NCBI GenBank assembly: GCA_963676835.2
Contig: CAXXFF010000002.1
Coordinates: 224,001 to 288,000 of the forward strand
Direction: 5' to 3'
Source: Marispirochaeta sp.
GTDB taxonomy: Bacteria > Spirochaetota > Spirochaetia > JC444 > Marispirochaetaceae
Length of the DNA: 64,000 nt
The position numbers were made by a program, and so were the translations under genes. Numbering within the stretch: position 1 is the first letter of the stretch; every line of letters starts with the position of its first letter. This document shows, piece after piece, positions 58,767 to 64,000 of the stretch. The notes beneath the pieces are model-generated. The model ran no database searches. It saw nothing but the letters and a program-made list of their open reading frames with translations, and was not told the origin of the DNA.

Positions 58767-59687
58767 CTAATCCTCCAGGGTTGACCAGACTGAAAGATAC
58801 CGTTCCCCCGTGTCGGGGAGTATTACAACAATTCTTTTTCCTGCATTTTCTTTTCTCTGCGCCACCTGTCGGGCTGCAAATACCGCTGCACCGCTGGAAA
58901 TCCCTGCAAGAATCCCCTCCTGCCTGCCGAGAGCAAGGGCAGTCTCCATGGCATCATTATTGGCAACCTGAACCACCTCATCGATAAGTTCGGTATTCAG
59001 CACCCCGGGGATAAACCCGGCTCCGATACCCTGAATCTTATGGGGTCCCGGACTGCCTCCGGAAAGTACCGGCGAGGCCTGGGGCTCAACAGCAACTATC
59101 TTTATCTGCGGGTTATGCTCTTTCAAGGCTCGTCCGGTACCGGTAAGTGTACCTCCGGTACCGACTCCCGCAATCAGAATATCGACACGCCCTTCAGTAT
59201 CCCGCCAGATCTCCTCTGCGGTTGTCCGGCTGTGAACTTCGGGATTGGCCGGATTGTCAAACTGCCAGGGAAGGAAGACCTTCCCCTCGTTCTGCATCTC
59301 ATTTGCCCGGGCAATTGCGCCGGCCATTCCCTTCTCCGGAGGAGTCAGCTCCAACTCGGCACCCAGCATTTTCAGCAGGTTCCGCCGTTCCACCGACATA
59401 CTGGCCGGCATAGTCAGCACCAGCCGGTATCCCCGCTGGGCACAGACAAAGGCCAGACCGATTCCAGTATTACCTGAAGTTGCTTCAACTACAGTAGTAT
59501 CCTTATCCAATAGTCCCTTTTTTTCTGCATCTTCTATCATTGCCAGGGCTATCCTGTCTTTGATACTTCCACAGGGATTAAAAGATTCAAGCTTGGCAAG
59601 GACCTCCGCCCCGCCGCCGATTATCTTTCCCAGTGTAACCAGCGGGGTGTTCCCCACCAGCTCTGTTATGTTCTTAGCTATGGCCAT
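58767..59687 (-). CDS. cysK: Cysteine synthase A
   Basis: [36 protein letters not shown]. Confidence 0.96.
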   Translation of the reverse strand: MAIAKNITELVGNTPLVTLGKIIGGGAEVLAKLESFNPCGSIKDRIALAMIEDAEKKGLLDKDTTVVEATSGNTGIGLAFVCAQRGYRLVLTMPASMSVERRNLLKMLGAELELTPPEKGMAGAIARANEMQNEGKVFLPWQFDNPANPEVHSRTTAEEIWRDTEGRVDILIAGVGTGGTLTGTGRALKEHNPQIKIVAVEPQASPVLSGGSPGPHKIQGIGAGFIPGVLNTELIDEVVQVANNDAMETALALGRQEGILAGISSGAAVFAARQVAQRKENAGKRIVVILPDTGERYLSVWSTLED

Positions 59688-59720
59688 CTGAAAACCTCCA
59701 TACTGCCTGTTAAGCGAAGT

Positions 59721-60152
59721 CTATATGACGAACATGGGAGACTGACTCTCTTCATTGAGAGAACGGTCAGCAAGTTCCCGCAGGCTCACAGAAGAAAGAA
59801 CCTCTGTAACCGCGACAAGAAGCTGATCCCATAGCTCGGTACTCACCTTGAGAGAGCCGGGACTGTTCTGGTCCGGCTTTTCATGGCTGATCAGTTCCCC
59901 CTCAAGGAGCTGAACAATATCCAGAGGAGTAATATCCGACGGATCAACCGCAAGTTCGTATCCTCCCCGGGAGCCCCGCACCGCAGTTATGAAGCCTGCG
60001 CTTTTCAGGGGTATAACCAGCTGTCCGAGATATTTTTCCGACAGCCCCTCACTATCTGCAATCTCTTTCAACAGCCTTGGTCCGGCACCGAAACTGCGGG
60101 CAAGTACTATCACAAATCGCAGCCCGTAACGACTGCGGGTAGAAAGCTTCAT
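59721..60152 (-). CDS. cymR: Rrf2 family regulator, CymR-like (no Cys ligands)
   Basis: MKLSTRSRYG, SEKYL.Q, RGSRGGY; no cysteines; ends MFVI; first gene of the cysK-metY operon. Confidence 0.75.
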   Translation of the reverse strand: MKLSTRSRYGLRFVIVLARSFGAGPRLLKEIADSEGLSEKYLGQLVIPLKSAGFITAVRGSRGGYELAVDPSDITPLDIVQLLEGELISHEKPDQNSPGSLKVSTELWDQLLVAVTEVLSSVSLRELADRSLNEESQSPMFVI

Positions 60153-60170
60153 ATATTCTCTACCTTTTCC

Positions 60171-60216
60171 ATAGTCTTAGTAATGAAACTATACTTATCC
60201 TGATTTTTTTTGTCAA
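60171..60216 (-). promoter_or_regulatory. sigma70 promoter with overlapping Rrf2-type palindrome
   Basis: TTGACA (60216-60211)-17-TATAGT (60193-60188); imperfect palindrome ATAGTCTTA-GTAA-TGAAACTAT at 60171-60192. Confidence 0.7.
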
Positions 60217-60337
60217 GTTTAGCCGGCGGGAATTTAAGAAAATCAGAAAAAACTGCGCCTTTTTCAGACACTTTTTCTTTGAATTGAGTATTTTATGATA
60301 AGCTAATATTAAGACTTCTAAGTTCAAGGAGTAAAAG

Positions 60338-61228
60338 ATGAAGAAAACACTACTTATTTCTCTTGCTGTAATAGTGGCATTTACACTGTTCAGCTGCAAG
60401 AAAGAGGCCGCACTTGGGACTGAAGAAAATCCCATAGTATGGTCTTTCGTTCCCTCGGGAGAGATGGAACGGGTCACCTCCGGAGCACAGGCCGTAGCCG
60501 ACCTGCTGCATGAAAAAACCGGATACTACTTTAAAACCAACGTAGCCACAGAGTATGCCGGCGTTATCGAAGCCATGGCCAGCGATCCTGCGGAAGCACA
60601 TATGGCGTCCCTTGCTACCTTCGCCTATGTTCTTGCCGCCGATAGGGGCGTGGCAGATGTAGCTCTCGTTTCCGTACGCTACGGAAGCCCCACCTACAAC
60701 GGACAGATTATTGCCCGGGTAGACAGCGGCATCAGCGAAGTAGCCGATCTCGCAGGCAAAACCTTTGCCCGTCCTGACCCCCTCTCAACCTCAGGCTGGA
60801 TTATCCCCATGCTCACCATGCGTGCAGCCGGTGTTAATCCCGATACCGACCTTAAAGGTATCGTAGACGCCGGAAGCCACGATGCTGTTGTAGCCGCCGT
60901 CCTGAACGGAGATGTGGATGCGGGAGCCTCCTTTGTTGACGCCCGTACCGCCATTGAAAAAGAGTACCCGGAAGTAATGGACGAAGTTGCTGTTATCGCT
61001 GTTACTGCAGATATTCCCAATGACGGTGTACAGTTCATCCCCGGCTTCGATGCCGAAATGAAGGCTAAAATTGTAAAGGCCCTTCTGGAAATTGCAGAAA
61101 CCGAAGATGGAAAAGCAGCCCTGAAAACTGCCTATAACTGGAACGCCCTCGAAGAGCATGACGACTCTTTCTACGATCCTTTCCGTCAGGTTCTGCAGGC
61201 TTCCGGCCTGGCTGTTACAGACCTTTAA
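60338..61228 (+). CDS. phnD: Phosphate/phosphite/phosphonate ABC transporter substrate-binding lipoprotein
   Basis: Lipobox LFSC; D..STSG..IP, GSHDAV, IPNDG. Confidence 0.85.
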   Translation: MKKTLLISLAVIVAFTLFSCKKEAALGTEENPIVWSFVPSGEMERVTSGAQAVADLLHEKTGYYFKTNVATEYAGVIEAMASDPAEAHMASLATFAYVLAADRGVADVALVSVRYGSPTYNGQIIARVDSGISEVADLAGKTFARPDPLSTSGWIIPMLTMRAAGVNPDTDLKGIVDAGSHDAVVAAVLNGDVDAGASFVDARTAIEKEYPEVMDEVAVIAVTADIPNDGVQFIPGFDAEMKAKIVKALLEIAETEDGKAALKTAYNWNALEEHDDSFYDPFRQVLQASGLAVTDL

Positions 61229-61268
61229 TCAGTAAAGGCCATCCAAAAACAGATACGAACGTTAAATC

Positions 61269-61303
61269 CTGCTCTTCGGGCCAGCCCTGAAGAGCAGCTT
61301 TTT
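61269..61303 (+). terminator. Intra-operon terminator/stabiliser hairpin between phnD and phnC
   Basis: CTGCTCTTCGGG...CCTGAAGAGCAG followed by CTTTTT. Confidence 0.7.
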
Positions 61304-61315
61304 GTGGAGCAGAGC

Positions 61316-62104
61316 ATGCTTGAATATAAGAATCTTTCAAAAACCTATGACGACGGCACTGAAGCCCTGAAAAATGTCAGTTTTCAGGTTGAGGACGGCG
61401 AGTTCCTGGTAATTATCGGTCTTTCAGGATCCGGGAAATCGACCCTTCTCCGCTGTACCAACCGCCTGGTTGAACCCACCAGCGGCCAGATAATCTGGGA
61501 CGGACAGAATATTGAAACCGCAGGGCAGGACCAGCTGCGTCAGATTCGGCGGAAGATAGGCATGATCTTTCAGCACTTCAACCTGGTAAAACGTTCCTCG
61601 GTACTAACCAACGTACTGTCCGGAAGACTGGGCTATGTATCGCCGTTTAAAACTCTTTTCAGACGTTTCAGACCGAAAGACCGGGAAGACGCATTCAAGG
61701 CAATGGAGATGGTGGGAATCACCGACCAGGCGGCAAAAAGAGCGGATGAACTCTCCGGGGGACAGCAGCAGCGGGTGGGTATAGCCCGGGCGCTCATGCA
61801 GGATCCGAAGATAATTCTTGCCGATGAGCCTGTGGCAAGCCTCGACCCTGTACTGGCTCACACGATTCTGGGTTATCTGGAAAAACTGAATAAAGAGATG
61901 GGCATTACCGTAATCTGCAGCCTTCACTACCTCGATCTGGTGCAGCGTTATGCCACCAGGGTGGTTGGACTGAAAAAGGGAGAAGTAGTCTACCGGGGTA
62001 CCGGAGAAGATATTCGCAACATGACCGATGACGAATTCAAGGAAATCTACGGACAGGATGCCCAGCGGGTCGGCGTGGGATCAGTAATGGGAGGAAAAGC
62101 ATGA
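61316..62104 (+). CDS. phnC: Phosphonate ABC transporter ATP-binding protein
   Basis: GLSGSGKST, TNVLSGRLG, LSGGQQQRV, ADEPVASLDP; ATG 61316 has a GGAG SD. Confidence 0.92.
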   Translation: MLEYKNLSKTYDDGTEALKNVSFQVEDGEFLVIIGLSGSGKSTLLRCTNRLVEPTSGQIIWDGQNIETAGQDQLRQIRRKIGMIFQHFNLVKRSSVLTNVLSGRLGYVSPFKTLFRRFRPKDREDAFKAMEMVGITDQAAKRADELSGGQQQRVGIARALMQDPKIILADEPVASLDPVLAHTILGYLEKLNKEMGITVICSLHYLDLVQRYATRVVGLKKGEVVYRGTGEDIRNMTDDEFKEIYGQDAQRVGVGSVMGGKA

Positions 62105-63597
62105 CAAAAAAAGCATCACTTCTTCCTCCATTTATTCATCCTCTGCTTTCGTTTATTCTGCCGGGGCTTGGCCAGATATTTGCCGCCAAACTGCAGCGGG
62201 GACTGCTGATTCTCTTCTCATACCTCACCCTTGTGGGTCTTTTCGCCTGGCGCATACATCTCCTCTCTCACAGGCTTGCCGGCTACGGTGAGAAGTATGC
62301 CAAGGCTTTTTCTCTGGCGCCGGTGTTCATAATCCTGGTTACCGGAGGGCTTCTCCTGCTCTGGATTTGGAATATTCTGGATGCGGCGAAAATTGTCAAA
62401 GGTACAGCCCGTGAGGGGTTGGGTCTTTTTTTCCTTATTCTGGCACTTTTCTTCTTTGTTGGCTGGCAGATAAGCGAAATCAATGTGGTAAAAATGGCCT
62501 CGGAGTTTCCCGATGCCTGGCCGCCGCTTTCAAAAATCCTCTGGCCCTGGAAGGCCGCCTATACCTACGACCAGCGTATTTTAAAAGCCGGTGCGTCAAT
62601 TCTGGTGGATGACACAGAGAATCCCCCGGCCCCGGATATCCGGGAAGAGGGAAAGCCCTATCTTCTGGCAGACCCAACCTATGGAAGAATGAGCACTCTG
62701 GACAGAAACAATAAACCTGTGGCAGGAGATACGGTTCACCTTTCCGGAAGCGGATTCAATGCCGATACGGTAACCCAGATATGGTGGATGGATTCCATCG
62801 GGATGGAGTTCCGTCCCAGGCAGGACGGTCAGTACATTACCGTCACCACCGACAGCAGCGGCAGCTTCGAGTTTGACCTGATTATCCCCTACCGGGTAAC
62901 TCCGCCGAGCGCGGAAGGACAGCAGGTACACCGGGTTGAAGCCCGGCAGTCCTTCCGTGAAGGCGGTGCCAAACCAAGTGAAGCCCTTATGCGGACCATA
63001 TCCCTCATGCTGGAAACCATTTTTATGGGAATGATGGCCACCATATTCGGTATTATTATCTCCATACCCGTCAGTTTTCTGGCGGCCCGCAACCTGATGG
63101 CCGGTTCCTGGGTAACCATGACCTTCTATTTTCTAACCCGAACCATACTGAACATAATCCGCTCAATCGAACCCATGATCTGGGCCCTGATTGCGGTAGT
63201 CTGGGTCGGCCTCGGCCCCTTTGCGGGAATCCTTGCCCTGACCATCCACTCAATAGCCGCCCTGGGAAAACTTTATTCCGAAGCGATTGAAGGCATAGAC
63301 CCTGGCCCCATCGAAGCAATTCAGGCTACAGGAGCAACAAAACTGCAGACCATAGCCTATGCAGTTGTTCCCCAGATGATTCCTCCTTTTGTCTCGTTTA
63401 CCATCTACCGCTGGGATATCAATGTACGGATGTCCACCATTATCGGTATGGTAGGCGGCGGTGGAATCGGCTTTCTGCTGGTACAGTATATAAGGCTCCT
63501 GGATTATCAGTCCGCCGGAATTGCCGTCTGGTTCATTGCGGTAACCGTGGCTATTCTTGATTATGTCAGCGCGGAGATACGCAACCGGTTTATCTGA
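62101..63597 (+). CDS. phnE: Phosphonate ABC transporter permease with extra TM helices and an Ig-like periplasmic insertion
   Basis: C-terminal PhnE core (RSIEP, GPFAG, YRWDINVR.S..IG.VGGGGIG). Confidence 0.88.
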   Translation: MTKKASLLPPFIHPLLSFILPGLGQIFAAKLQRGLLILFSYLTLVGLFAWRIHLLSHRLAGYGEKYAKAFSLAPVFIILVTGGLLLLWIWNILDAAKIVKGTAREGLGLFFLILALFFFVGWQISEINVVKMASEFPDAWPPLSKILWPWKAAYTYDQRILKAGASILVDDTENPPAPDIREEGKPYLLADPTYGRMSTLDRNNKPVAGDTVHLSGSGFNADTVTQIWWMDSIGMEFRPRQDGQYITVTTDSSGSFEFDLIIPYRVTPPSAEGQQVHRVEARQSFREGGAKPSEALMRTISLMLETIFMGMMATIFGIIISIPVSFLAARNLMAGSWVTMTFYFLTRTILNIIRSIEPMIWALIAVVWVGLGPFAGILALTIHSIAALGKLYSEAIEGIDPGPIEAIQATGATKLQTIAYAVVPQMIPPFVSFTIYRWDINVRMSTIIGMVGGGGIGFLLVQYIRLLDYQSAGIAVWFIAVTVAILDYVSAEIRNRFI

Positions 63598-63611
63598 TAT
63601 ACTTAAGAATA

Positions 63612-64000
63612 ATGGATCAGAATTTTCTACAGGGAAAAACAGCTATGGTCACAGGCGGAGCCAAACGAATCGGTGCCACCTGTGTACATGCTCTGGCCGA
63701 AGCAGGGGCAAATGTTGTTATTCATTATAATTCCTCCGCAACGGATGCTGAAAAATTGGCGGCGAAGGTACGGGAAAAAGGAATCTCCGCATTCACCGTA
63801 CAGGGAAATCTGCTGAAAGAAGATGAAACCCGCAGAGCCTTCAAAGAGGCTGTAGATACTGCAGGGCCTGTGCATATTCTCATCAATTCCGCCTCTATCT
63901 TCCCCGAAAGCAGTATTGACAGCTTCAGCTGGAAGGAACTCGAGGAGAATGTTCGGGTTAACAGCTGGGCTCCGCTGCTGCTCTCCCGGCTGTTCGCGGA
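63612..64000 (+). CDS. SDR family oxidoreductase (pteridine reductase-like), runs off the window
   Basis: MDQNFLQGKTAMVTGGAKRIG..., IHYN, LINSASIF. Confidence 0.85.
   Translation, partial: MDQNFLQGKTAMVTGGAKRIGATCVHALAEAGANVVIHYNSSATDAEKLAAKVREKGISAFTVQGNLLKEDETRRAFKEAVDTAGPVHILINSASIFPESSIDSFSWKELEENVRVNSWAPLLLSRLFA

Overview
Bacterial chromosomal window, most likely from a free-living spirochaete. This is inferred from the spd/mitochondrial-type stand-alone EF-G, the carD-ispD-ispF operon, many lipoproteins, HDOD signalling proteins and the TIGR03545/6 pair. Most of it is housekeeping and metabolism: leuS, peptidases, an aroF-pheA fusion, malQ, ispD/F, nth, fusA, thyX, slyD, cymR-cysK-metY and phnDCE. 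The accessory parts are (i) a PIN/DUF6364 toxin-antitoxin pair with clear operators; (ii) an operon of two paralogous predicted outer-membrane proteins, each coupled to an AT-rich lipoprotein; (iii) a decayed defence-island scar (Rpn halves, a DUF2326 remnant, and an AlbA/HATPase/HTH gene between duplicated hsdR-like 5' ends); and (iv) a divergent signalling locus, with a sensor-pseudokinase-REC-adenylate cyclase facing LamG/FN3-TPR-HDOD-MBL-degenerate GGDEF genes across a 13-bp inverted repeat. The most notable unannotated signals are an MgtL-like acidic/proline-rich 23-codon uORF overlapping the start of a CNNM/CorB Mg2+ transporter gene, and a run of apparently leaderless sigma70 promoters. 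No rRNA, tRNA or CRISPR array was seen. All calls come from reading motifs by eye; no searches were run.
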